In this document: piece by piece, positions 36,555 through 46,005 of the stretch | Numbering within the stretch: position 1 is the stretch's first letter | Layout of the letters: every line of letters begins with the position of its first letter | DNA from: Bythopirellula sp. | Lineage (GTDB): Bacteria > Planctomycetota > Planctomycetia > Pirellulales > Lacipirellulaceae | Assembly: GCA_965216565.1 (NCBI GenBank) | Contig: OZ244170.1 | Location: forward strand, 2,720,001-2,784,000 | Direction: 5' to 3' | DNA length: 64,000 nt | Made by a program: the position numbers and the translations under genes | Notes under the pieces: model-generated | The model's input: only the letters and a program-made list of their open reading frames with translations | The model's database searches: none | Told to the model about the DNA's origin: nothing

Positions 36555-38168
36555 TTGAATAGTTTGATGATGGATTTTCCGCTCACGTTAAACTCAATTC
36601 TGCATCGAGCAGAAACGATTCATGGAGAGCGTGAGGTGGTTACGCGGATGCCCGACAGGAGCTGGCACCGATATGGTTACCGCGACATGTCGGACCGCGC
36701 CAAACGATTGGCCCTGGCGCTGTCAAATTTGGGGGTTGAGGCAGGAGATAGAGTCGCCACACTCTGCTGGAATCATTACCGTCACCTCGAAACCTATTTC
36801 GGAATTCCGGCTTATGGGGCAGTGCTACACACGCTCAACCCTCGGCTGCATGAAGACGATCTGGTCCACATCATCAGCGAGGCTGGGGACAAAATTCTGA
36901 TTCTGGACGAGTCTCTGCTACCAGTCTTGGCTAGGTTTCGAGATCGTATCAATCTGGAACATGTCATTGTGATTGCCGAAGGCGGAGAGTTGCCTGAGGG
37001 TATGCACAGCTACGAGACCTTACTCAGCGAAACCGATGTTAACGATTTCAAATACCCAGAGATTGACGAGAATCAAGCCGCTTCGATGTGCTACACCTCT
37101 GGAACAGTCGGCAAGCCGAAGGGTGTTGTTTACTCTCACCGCGCGATCGCGTTACATTCACTGGGCGCAGCGTTGACGTGTGGGTTCGAGATTTGGGAAT
37201 CGGATAGCATTTTGCCAGTGGTGCCCATGTTTCACGTGAATGGCTGGGGCTTGCCCTACATTGCCGCGATGATGGGATCCAAGTTGGTGCTACCCGGCCC
37301 CTCGCTCGATGCAGTGAGTTTGCTTGAAGCCTACGAGCAGGAGCAAGTGACCTTTACGGCCGGTGTTCCGACCATGTGGTTAGCGCTGCTTGAGAAGCTT
37401 GACGAAGATCCGGAGAAATACGACGTCTCGGCCTTGCGCAAGCTGATAGTCGGTGGAGCTGCCATGCCGCAGAGCTTGCTGCAGGCTTTCCAAGAACGAC
37501 ACAATCTAAATCTCGTTGCGGCTTGGGGCATGACGGAAACTACACCGATGGGTACGATCTGCTATCTCAGACCCGGGCAAGAAGAGGCTTCACAGGACGA
37601 GCAGTATGGGTACCGGTGTCGCCAGGGAACACCGGTTCCGTTTGTCGAAATCCGTGCTCGCGGCCCCAATGGTTTAGTTGAGTGGGATGGCAAGACGATG
37701 GGCGAACTGGAAGTTCGCGGTCCTTGGATTACGAGCGGCTACCACAATCGGCCTGACACCGCGGATCGAATTACCGAGGACGGTTGGTTCCGCACTGGCG
37801 ACATTGTCTCGATCAATAAGCGCGGTTCGATGAAAATCGAGGATCGATCGAAGGATCTGATTAAATCGGGGGGCGAGTGGATTAGTTCGGTCGATCTAGA
37901 GAATGCGATAATGGCGCATGAAGACGTTGCCGAGGCAGCGGTCATTGCCATAGATCATCCGAAATGGGGCGAGCGTCCCTTGGCCGCAGTGGTCGCTCGT
38001 CCAGAATCGACACTGAACGTCGAAGAACTGCAAGAATTTCTGGCCTCGGTGGTAGCCAAGTGGTGGATTCCAGATGCATTTGAGATAGTATCTGAGATTC
38101 CGAAGACAGCAACTGGAAAATTCAATAAGGTTGCACTCCGAGAGCAATTCGCGAGACGAAGCGTGTAA
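36555..38168 (+). CDS. Acyl-CoA ligase (DmdB/medium-long-chain fatty acid-CoA ligase-like)
   Basis: YTSGTVGKPKGVVYSHR, PMFHVNGWG, WGMTET, IKSGGEWISS; TTG 36555 follows a GGAG RBS. Confidence 0.88.
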   Translation: MNSLMMDFPLTLNSILHRAETIHGEREVVTRMPDRSWHRYGYRDMSDRAKRLALALSNLGVEAGDRVATLCWNHYRHLETYFGIPAYGAVLHTLNPRLHEDDLVHIISEAGDKILILDESLLPVLARFRDRINLEHVIVIAEGGELPEGMHSYETLLSETDVNDFKYPEIDENQAASMCYTSGTVGKPKGVVYSHRAIALHSLGAALTCGFEIWESDSILPVVPMFHVNGWGLPYIAAMMGSKLVLPGPSLDAVSLLEAYEQEQVTFTAGVPTMWLALLEKLDEDPEKYDVSALRKLIVGGAAMPQSLLQAFQERHNLNLVAAWGMTETTPMGTICYLRPGQEEASQDEQYGYRCRQGTPVPFVEIRARGPNGLVEWDGKTMGELEVRGPWITSGYHNRPDTADRITEDGWFRTGDIVSINKRGSMKIEDRSKDLIKSGGEWISSVDLENAIMAHEDVAEAAVIAIDHPKWGERPLAAVVARPESTLNVEELQEFLASVVAKWWIPDAFEIVSEIPKTATGKFNKVALREQFARRSV

Positions 38169-38217
38169 CTCTTTCCGAACAGTCACGGCCAAACTCTGGC
38201 GACAGGGATCAAAATAG

Positions 38218-39513
38218 ATGAGCAAGTTCAGTAGTTTTAAGTTCGATACGTTATCGCTCCATGCTGGCCAACATCCAGACCCCGCAACTGGGGCCCGTGC
38301 CACGCCCATTTATCAGACGGCGTCTTATGTATTCCGCGACACCGATCACGCTGCATCACTCTTCAACATCGAGCGCACCGGGCACGTCTATTCTCGAATC
38401 TCAAACCCGACCAGTGCTGTCTTGGAAGAACGCATCTCTGCCTTGGAAGGCGGAGTGGGAGCGATCGCGACGTCGAGCGGACAAGCCGCGATGCACCTTG
38501 CCATCGTCACGTTGATGGACGGAGGTTCGCACATCGTCGCTTCGAATTCCCTGTATGGAGGAACGCACAATCTCTTGGCTTATACGATGCCGCGTTTCGG
38601 CATTGAAACCACCTTTGTCGATCCTCGCGATCCCGATGCCTTCCGTGCTGCGATTCAGCCCAATACGCGTCTGGTGTTTGGCGAGATCCTCGGCAATCCT
38701 GGCTTGGAGGTGTTGAATATTCCTGAGATCTCCAAAGTGGCCCACGAAGCGGGACTACCACTGCTCGTAGATTCGACATTCACAACGCCCTATCTCTGCA
38801 AGCCCTTGGAATTGGGTGCCGACTTGGTGTACCACTCCGCGACGAAGTTTCTCGGGGGCCATGGTGTCGCAATTGGAGGTTTGCTCGTGGATGGAGGGAT
38901 TTTTGATTGGGAAGCATCTGGCAAGTTCCCAACGTTGACCGAGCCCTATTCAGGATTTCACAACCTTGATTTCGTCGAAGAATTTGGCCCAGCTGCATTC
39001 ATTACCAGGGCCCGCAAGGAAGGTATCCGAGACTTTGGCGCGTGCATGAGCGCGAATACGGCTTTTCTGATCCTGCAAGGCATGGAAACACTGCCCCTCC
39101 GAATGGAAAAGCATGTCGACAACACTCGAAAAATCATCGATTACCTGAAGCAGCAGGACGCTGTGGAGTGGGTCACCTACCCAGAGCTACCCAACCATCC
39201 TGATCACGTTCTAGCGACTGAGATTTTGCCGAAAGGTTGTGGCGCAGTGTTTAGCTTTGGAATCAAGGGAGGCCGTGCGGCCGGGCAGCAGTTTATCGAA
39301 CGCTTGGAATTGTTCTCGCATCTGGCCAATATTGGCGATGCCAAGTCACTAGTGATTCACCCCGCAAGCACAACTCATCACCGGATGGATGCCGCAGCAC
39401 TTGAGGCGGCTGGCATCTCCGAGGGGTTGGTAAGAATGTCTGTTGGCATCGAGGATGCGGACGATCTGATCGCGGACATCGACAAGGGCTTGCGGGCGGC
39501 GCAGAAGGTTTAG
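38218..39513 (+). CDS. metY: O-acetylhomoserine aminocarboxypropyltransferase/sulfhydrylase
   Basis: PIYQTASY, YSRISNPT, HSATKFLGGHG (PLP Lys), HLANIGDAKSLVIHPASTTH. Confidence 0.93.
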   Translation: MSKFSSFKFDTLSLHAGQHPDPATGARATPIYQTASYVFRDTDHAASLFNIERTGHVYSRISNPTSAVLEERISALEGGVGAIATSSGQAAMHLAIVTLMDGGSHIVASNSLYGGTHNLLAYTMPRFGIETTFVDPRDPDAFRAAIQPNTRLVFGEILGNPGLEVLNIPEISKVAHEAGLPLLVDSTFTTPYLCKPLELGADLVYHSATKFLGGHGVAIGGLLVDGGIFDWEASGKFPTLTEPYSGFHNLDFVEEFGPAAFITRARKEGIRDFGACMSANTAFLILQGMETLPLRMEKHVDNTRKIIDYLKQQDAVEWVTYPELPNHPDHVLATEILPKGCGAVFSFGIKGGRAAGQQFIERLELFSHLANIGDAKSLVIHPASTTHHRMDAAALEAAGISEGLVRMSVGIEDADDLIADIDKGLRAAQKV

Positions 39514-39538
39514 AAGCTCTTTTTGTTTAGGGAATTTC

Positions 39539-40327
39539 ATGGAATTACAAATGAATGGGAAGAGCGTCTACATGGCCACCGGCAATCGCGAGATTGACCC
39601 GGCTCTAGAGACTGTTGTTTTCGTCCACGGTGCAGGTCAGGACCATACAATTTGGGTGTTGCCGACAAGATACTTCGCGCGTCATAGGTTCAACGTGGTG
39701 GCGGTCGATTTGCCGGGGCATGGTCGGTCCGCAGGGCCTTTGCTCAAGTCGGTGGAAGAAATGGCTGACTGGGTGGTAGGTGTACTCGATGGGGTTGGCG
39801 TTAGCTGTGCAGCCGTGATTGGACATAGCATGGGATCGCTTGTGGCCCTCGACATGGCGGCCCGCTACCAAGACCGAGTGCGATCGCTCGCCTTGGTCGG
39901 AACTTCGGTGCCGATGCCCGTGAGCGAGAAACTGTTGTCAACAGCTGAGGCAAACGACCCCGCGACCGTGGATATGCTAACCCTTTGGGGGCACAGTTCT
40001 TCGGCTCACTTAGGCGGCAGTGCCACCCCGGGAATGTGGATGGTGGGGGGTGCCAGACGGCTGCTAGAGCGTTCAGCATCCGGGGTTTTGCATGCCGACT
40101 TGAAGGCTTGCAATGACTATAATCAGGGATTGGAAAAGGCCAGCGATGTGACCAGTCCCGTTCTTCTGGTGCTTGGAAAACGAGATGCAATGACCCCTGT
40201 ACGGGCCACTGGCAAGCTTTGCGACGCACTTGCGAATGTAAAAACTGTTATTCTGGAAGGCTCTGGGCATGCTCTTCTTTCGGAACGTCCCGACGAAGTA
40301 CTCGATGCTCTGATTCAGATTGTCTAA
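39539..40327 (+). CDS. Alpha/beta hydrolase
   Basis: VFVHGAG, DLPGHG, GHSMG nucleophile elbow, distal SGH. Confidence 0.9.
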   Translation: MELQMNGKSVYMATGNREIDPALETVVFVHGAGQDHTIWVLPTRYFARHRFNVVAVDLPGHGRSAGPLLKSVEEMADWVVGVLDGVGVSCAAVIGHSMGSLVALDMAARYQDRVRSLALVGTSVPMPVSEKLLSTAEANDPATVDMLTLWGHSSSAHLGGSATPGMWMVGGARRLLERSASGVLHADLKACNDYNQGLEKASDVTSPVLLVLGKRDAMTPVRATGKLCDALANVKTVILEGSGHALLSERPDEVLDALIQIV

Positions 40328-40357
40328 AAACAAACCGCCAACCACGATATCAGTTCT

Positions 40358-41356
40358 ATGTCTCTCTTAGCCCATAACGACTTGCCTGCGTTTGCGGACC
40401 TCCAGCAAGAGGGCGCCGACGTGGTAGTCGACCAGTCGCAAGCTCAGCCGCACCTGCGCATCGCCTTGCTCAATTTGGTGCCTGATGCTGTTCTGCAAGC
40501 GACTGAGCGCCAATGGTTGCGGTTGTTGGCTAACTATACTGAAGCTCAGATTTCGTTCTTCCCAATCACTGTGGCATCGGAGCAGCGGAGCGAAGCGGCT
40601 CAGGACCACATAGCCCAGCACTACGAGTCCTTTGATTCGATCCGTACTCGCGGAATTGACGCACTGATAGTAACGGGTGCCAATCCTCGAACAGAAGACA
40701 TTACCCAAGAATCGTTCTGGCAGCCGATGTTGGACATTCTCGATTGGGCTCGGCAGGATGGATGTTCGATCCTCTATTCCTGCCTGGCTGTCCATGCAGC
40801 AATGCATGCTTATCTCGATACGGAACGGAACCTCCTGCCGCAAAAGTGTTGGGGCGTTTATCCACACCGTAGAAACGATCCCAAAGACCCCTTGGTTCAG
40901 GGCATTGAGGAAGGCTGGGCGCTGCCTCATTCCCGTCGTTATGAAATCACCAGAGAGCAGTTCGAGGATTCTGGAATGCGAATCCTGATTGAGAGTCAAG
41001 AGGCCGGTGTGCTGCTGGCGGTTGATGGCGAGAATGCCGAGCAACTCTATTTCCAAGGACATCCGGAATACGACGTCAATTCGCTGCTTAAGGAATACAA
41101 GCGGGAGGTCCTGCGGTTCTTCGATGGCGTGCGAGACGATTATCCACCTAACCCAGAGAATTATTTTCCAGTCGAGTGCGCCCCGATATTGGAAGATTAC
41201 AAAGTGCAACTCTCGCGTGCCAAGCAGCTAGAACACGCGCAGCCCGAATTTCCTGAAGAAGAATTGATGCAACACCTGAGAAATTCTTGGGCTACTTCGG
41301 GAGAACGTCTGCTGCACAACTGGCTTGGCCAAGTCCAGTTGGCTACAGTCAGTTAG
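40358..41356 (+). CDS. metA: Homoserine O-succinyl/acetyltransferase (MetA family)
   Basis: ALLNLVPD...ATERQ, DALIVTGA, SCLA (catalytic Cys), PHSR, QGHPEYD..SLLKEYKR. Confidence 0.88.
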   Translation: MSLLAHNDLPAFADLQQEGADVVVDQSQAQPHLRIALLNLVPDAVLQATERQWLRLLANYTEAQISFFPITVASEQRSEAAQDHIAQHYESFDSIRTRGIDALIVTGANPRTEDITQESFWQPMLDILDWARQDGCSILYSCLAVHAAMHAYLDTERNLLPQKCWGVYPHRRNDPKDPLVQGIEEGWALPHSRRYEITREQFEDSGMRILIESQEAGVLLAVDGENAEQLYFQGHPEYDVNSLLKEYKREVLRFFDGVRDDYPPNPENYFPVECAPILEDYKVQLSRAKQLEHAQPEFPEEELMQHLRNSWATSGERLLHNWLGQVQLATVS

Positions 41357-41390
41357 CGACTATCAGTTAGCAAGAGCGTGGCTCTTGGAC

Positions 41391-43493
41391 TCACAAGTCT
41401 CGAAAGTTGCCGCCACTGCTGGCAAGCCTCTTTAGGAGCGGTGCCGGCTGCCACAGTTCTGGCTCAGTCTCAGCAAATTGGCACACGCGATCGTAGACTT
41501 TGTCGAGCCCTACCGAGTCGGCGTAGTACATGGGGCCACCGCGGAAGCCGGGGAATCCGTAGCCGAATAGGTACACGACATCGATATCGCTAGCCCGAGA
41601 TGCGACGCCCTCTTCCAAAATATACGCCCCTTCGTTCACCAATGCATAAACGCAGCGTTCCACAATTTCCTGGTCAGTGATCTCGCGCCGCTCGATGCCT
41701 AGTTCTTTCGACTCGTTGAGGATCATTGTTTCGATCTCAGGGTCGGGGACCGCCTTACGGCTACCCTCGTTGTATCGATACATCCCTGAGCCGGTCTTCT
41801 GACCAAAACGGTTCTGCTCGCAGATGATATCTTGCAGCTTGGAGTAGCGCGCCCCGGGGGGACGGTTTGCTGCTTGACGTTGACGAATGAGCCAGAAAAC
41901 GTCTTGCCCCGCTAAATCGCACATAGCGTGCGGCCCCATGGCAAAGCCGAATTTCTGAAGAGCTCCGTCGACTTGCTGCGGAAGGGCTCCTTCTTCGAGC
42001 AGGAAACACGCTTCTCGTACATAGGGGAAGACCATGCGATTGCCGACGAATCCGTCGCAGACTCTCACGGGTACTCCCACCTTTTTCATCGACTTCACCA
42101 TAGCCATGGACGTCGCAACAGTTTCCTTGCTGGTGGTGTCGGCTCGCACGACTTCGACCAATTTCATGATTTGAGCTGGACTGAAGAAGTGCAGTCCGAT
42201 GACCTTTTCTGGTCGGTTCGTCTGAGCGGCGATATCACCGATGTCGAGCATCGAAGTGTTGGTCGCCAGAATTGCCTCTGGCTTAGCAGTCTCAGAGAGT
42301 TTGTTGAATACTTCCTTCTTGAGCGCCATGTCCTCGAAGACAGCTTCGACAACGATATCTGCTTCGGCCACCTTGTCCCAATTCTGCACGGGAGTGATGC
42401 GTCCTACGATCTGGTCAACATCGCGTTCTGTCATCCGCCCCTTGGCAACTAAGCCAGCGTAATTTTTCTTGATCGCCGCCATGCTGCGTTCCAGAGCTTC
42501 GGGAGACTTGTCAAAAACGCAGACCGGAATCTCCGCCTTGGCAAAGTTCATGGCGATGCCCGTGCCCATGGTCCCTGCACCCAAGATGACTGCCGAATTG
42601 ATCTCCTGGGTAGGCGTATCCTCTGGGACATCGGGGATCTTGGCGCACAGCCGTTCCGCGAAAAAAAGATAGCGAAGTGCTGCTGACTGGTCAGTCGCCA
42701 TGCACTCGGCAAAAATCTCTGCTTCTCTGGCGATTCCCTGATCGAATGGCAAGCTCGTGGCCGCTTCAATGGCATCGACGGCGCGCAGCGGCGATTGCAG
42801 TCCGCGCGATTGCTTCCGTGCCGTTTCCCGCGCTTGATCGAAGACTTCTGCAGAGACGTCCTGCACACGTTCATTCTGCTGACTTGCCAACCGTTTCCCA
42901 TTGCCTTGAGCAATCAGGTCTTCAGCAAATGAGACCGCACCGGCCAGCAAGTCTTCTTCGCCGGACGTCTCGATCACTTGATCAACGAGTCCAATTGCAT
43001 GGGCCTCGGCTGCTGAGATAGGTCGCCCCGAGGTGACCATTTGCAATGCCGACTCGACGCCAACAATTCGGGGCAGTCTTTGAGTTCCCTCACCGCCAGG
43101 AATAATGCCCAAGAATATTTCGGGCAGGCCACAACGACTAGTTGCGTCGGCCACGCGATAATCACATGCCATGGCCAGTTCCAAGCCGCCGCCGAGGGTT
43201 GTGCCATGCATTGCCGCGATCACCGGGCAGTGTAGATTCTCTAGAGCGACGAAGAGAGTATGAAAATCTGGTTGGGCAAACGGTTCCCCCAGCTCATTGA
43301 TATCCGCCCCCGCGATAAAGGTACGTCCCGCGCAGTGAATGACCACTGCCTGAGTCGACGCATCCGCAGCCACCTCTTCCAGGCAATTGACGAGTCCTCG
43401 ACGTACTGTTTCCCCAAGTGCGTTTACCGGCGGGCTATCGATGGTCAGAATCGCGATCGTGCCTTTGTTGCTTCGAGTGACTTCGCTACCCAT
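41391..43493 (-). CDS. Bifunctional enoyl-CoA hydratase / 3-hydroxyacyl-CoA dehydrogenase (FadB/FadJ-like)
   Basis: PPVNAL, GGGLELA, GTQRLPR; GAGTMG, EAVFE, GLHFFSP. Confidence 0.92.
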   Translation of the reverse strand: MGSEVTRSNKGTIAILTIDSPPVNALGETVRRGLVNCLEEVAADASTQAVVIHCAGRTFIAGADINELGEPFAQPDFHTLFVALENLHCPVIAAMHGTTLGGGLELAMACDYRVADATSRCGLPEIFLGIIPGGEGTQRLPRIVGVESALQMVTSGRPISAAEAHAIGLVDQVIETSGEEDLLAGAVSFAEDLIAQGNGKRLASQQNERVQDVSAEVFDQARETARKQSRGLQSPLRAVDAIEAATSLPFDQGIAREAEIFAECMATDQSAALRYLFFAERLCAKIPDVPEDTPTQEINSAVILGAGTMGTGIAMNFAKAEIPVCVFDKSPEALERSMAAIKKNYAGLVAKGRMTERDVDQIVGRITPVQNWDKVAEADIVVEAVFEDMALKKEVFNKLSETAKPEAILATNTSMLDIGDIAAQTNRPEKVIGLHFFSPAQIMKLVEVVRADTTSKETVATSMAMVKSMKKVGVPVRVCDGFVGNRMVFPYVREACFLLEEGALPQQVDGALQKFGFAMGPHAMCDLAGQDVFWLIRQRQAANRPPGARYSKLQDIICEQNRFGQKTGSGMYRYNEGSRKAVPDPEIETMILNESKELGIERREITDQEIVERCVYALVNEGAYILEEGVASRASDIDVVYLFGYGFPGFRGGPMYYADSVGLDKVYDRVCQFAETEPELWQPAPLLKRLASSGGNFRDL

Positions 43494-43923
43494 TTATCTC
43501 CCCTGAAATTCGACCCCAATCGGATACCATAAAGCTTGCCTGGACTTCTGCAACGACATCACCGGTATCGTCCCGAATCGCCTTGCCTTCCATCAGCAGC
43601 AGTGTTCTCTTTTTCTTCACAGCACGCCCCTCCAATCGGAGCAATACTCCCGGCGGATGTGCAGCGCGAAATCGCATTTCTGCCTTCGCGGTGGTTGCTT
43701 TCGCACCCTGCAAAAACCACCAGTTAGCCATGACGTCGTCCAATGCACTGAATAGGATGCCGCCATGGGTGATGCCATCAAAGCCCACGTGATCATCGGT
43801 CGGAGTGAATTCACCACGGCTAACTTGTCCTTCGAGCCGAAAGCTAATCCGTAGCCCTACAGGATTGTGCTCTCCGCAGACAAAGCAGTTATCGGCATCG
43901 TTTCGTCCACGCTTATCACCCAT
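43486..43923 (-). CDS. PaaI family thioesterase
   Basis: CFVCG..NPVGL, HGGILFSALDD hotdog motif; overlaps the start of the FadB-like gene. Confidence 0.88.
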   Translation of the reverse strand: MGDKRGRNDADNCFVCGEHNPVGLRISFRLEGQVSRGEFTPTDDHVGFDGITHGGILFSALDDVMANWWFLQGAKATTAKAEMRFRAAHPPGVLLRLEGRAVKKKRTLLLMEGKAIRDDTGDVVAEVQASFMVSDWGRISGEING

Positions 43924-44082
43924 TATTGATTCGGCTCTAAATCAGATTGTTAGTTGGACCAGCCTGCTGTTAGCCAGCCTCGTCGGTAGTGCAAAGAAGA
44001 CGACTACCGATTATTGCCGAACAGCGATTCGCAAAGTGTCGCCCACTCGAGGAGCAATTTTCACATTGAAGTGTGCGGAAGT

Positions 44083-45834
44083 CTAGTCTGTGGTTTGAAT
44101 TTCAAAGTGCTTCACAATCCAGTCGCGACGCTCCTCGTAGTAGGGCGCATCGACCCAATGCCCTGCATGGGGGTAGACTCGGAAATCTTTCGGTGCTTCG
44201 AGTTTGTTGTAGACGGCAAAGATGGTCACCGGTGGGCAAACGTCGTCTTGTAATCCAAGACCCAAGAATACCGGACAACGGATTCTATCGGTGAAATTCA
44301 GTGCATCGAAGTAGCTTAACGTGTGAAGCATCTTCTCCCACGAACGGTGTGGCTGGGACTTCACCCAGGTGTTGATCTCCGGCCAATCAGAAGTCTTAAA
44401 GTAGCGATCCCAGTTGCAGAGGAAGGGAATATAAGGCGCACAGAGGCTGATCCGATCGTCCAGCCCGGCGGTGACAAGGCTCAGTCCGCCTCCCTGGCTA
44501 CCACCTGTGACGGCGATTCGGCTGCGATCGACTTCGTCGCGCGATGCTAGGAAATCTACTGCCCGCACGCAGTCGGCATAAGCCCCTTGATAGTAGTAGC
44601 CCTGTTTATCATCGAGTCCACGCGTCCAGAAATCCTCGGGAGTACCGCTGACATCTTGCTGGCTGTTTCCATGGCCACGGACATTGAAAGAGAACACAGC
44701 AATCGGATCCGACGTGCCACTGGGCTGCATGTTTTGAGAATATCCGGGAACTCGCAGCAGAGCGGGAACGGGACCATCCGCCTTTGGGCGCTCATACCAA
44801 CCCCGAACGCGAACGTCGCCGAGACTGTGCATGGCGACCTCATAGACCTCATGAGTGGCCGAGTCCAGTTCGGGCTTAGGCATGAGCTGATATTGGGGAG
44901 CAATGGACGCAAGTGCTTGCCGCGTCTCTTTCCAAAACTGGTCAAAATCGTCCGCCCGAGTCAATTCGGTGGTGATCTCTTCCGGTTGGTATCCAAGAAT
45001 CATCGAAGCGGTGCTAACTTCCTCTCCGGTCTCGCACTGAAACTCACATTTCACACGATAAAACCCAGGGACTGTGGGGGAGAATTTGCAGGTGGCCTTC
45101 TGCTCGCCACGGGCGGGTAGCGTAAGCACATTCGTTTCTGTGGAAAGTTGCTCCCCTTCGTCTGTTTCTATGGTCCACCTTAGATGCCCGGTTAGTTGGT
45201 GGGGTGTGTCGTTCGAGATTGAAGTAGAGAAAGGCAACCCTTTTTGCTGAATGAATATCCCGTTGCTCCCTTCATCGAATGAGATTTCCACCAAGTCTTG
45301 CCACGAAGCCACTCTTAGGCTGTAGGGTCCTTCGTACATCCCGCCATCGCTGGCGCCATCATAAACTCGAACGGCGAGGACGTTGTCCGCATCCCAGCTT
45401 AACGACTCGGCAGATACCTTGTAGGTTCGATCTGTGGACCAACTCGTTCCGTAGTTCTCTGGCATGTGTCCGGTCTGGCCAATGAGTGCGCCGTTCCACC
45501 AGGTTTGATCAACATCGTCGATCTTTCCGAGCGAAAGAATCAGTGTACCGAACTCTTTGAAATCAGGATTGTCTCGGAACTTGGCGGGCAGGCGGAGACT
45601 CAAACGATACCAGCCATAGCCGTTGTAGTCTTTGTGGCCCTGCTCTTCCCATGGGGCGCCGACATCGATGGGTTCCCACCCGGAATCATCAAAGGCCGGG
45701 TCGGACCATTGCTTGTCGTCACCGGTGGAAAACTTCCAACCTTCGGAAACTTCTGACGTAATAACTTGCGTTTCCTCTGCCACGACATACGCGGCAGAAA
45801 AGGCGAAGACAGCAACAGACAGTATGAGTCGCAT
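44083..45834 (-). CDS. Secreted acetyl xylan esterase (CE7) with N-terminal sugar-binding-like domain
   Basis: Signal peptide; GYGWYR/LGKIDD domain; DFDQFW, RGHG, GGSQGGG, DDVCPP, GH. Confidence 0.85.
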   Translation of the reverse strand: MRLILSVAVFAFSAAYVVAEETQVITSEVSEGWKFSTGDDKQWSDPAFDDSGWEPIDVGAPWEEQGHKDYNGYGWYRLSLRLPAKFRDNPDFKEFGTLILSLGKIDDVDQTWWNGALIGQTGHMPENYGTSWSTDRTYKVSAESLSWDADNVLAVRVYDGASDGGMYEGPYSLRVASWQDLVEISFDEGSNGIFIQQKGLPFSTSISNDTPHQLTGHLRWTIETDEGEQLSTETNVLTLPARGEQKATCKFSPTVPGFYRVKCEFQCETGEEVSTASMILGYQPEEITTELTRADDFDQFWKETRQALASIAPQYQLMPKPELDSATHEVYEVAMHSLGDVRVRGWYERPKADGPVPALLRVPGYSQNMQPSGTSDPIAVFSFNVRGHGNSQQDVSGTPEDFWTRGLDDKQGYYYQGAYADCVRAVDFLASRDEVDRSRIAVTGGSQGGGLSLVTAGLDDRISLCAPYIPFLCNWDRYFKTSDWPEINTWVKSQPHRSWEKMLHTLSYFDALNFTDRIRCPVFLGLGLQDDVCPPVTIFAVYNKLEAPKDFRVYPHAGHWVDAPYYEERRDWIVKHFEIQTTD

Positions 45835-46005
45835 CGAGGGTCCCTACACATTCTTCTAAATTACAAATTCTGAAACTAACTAACCTGCTCGCGGTGTCAC
45901 CCCCGGAAGGCTTGCCGAGCCGGTTTGATATCGAATGCAGCTTGGCACGATTGGTATCGAGAAGCGTTTATTCGAGTAGCAACTGTATTTGAATACCTCG
46001 CCATA

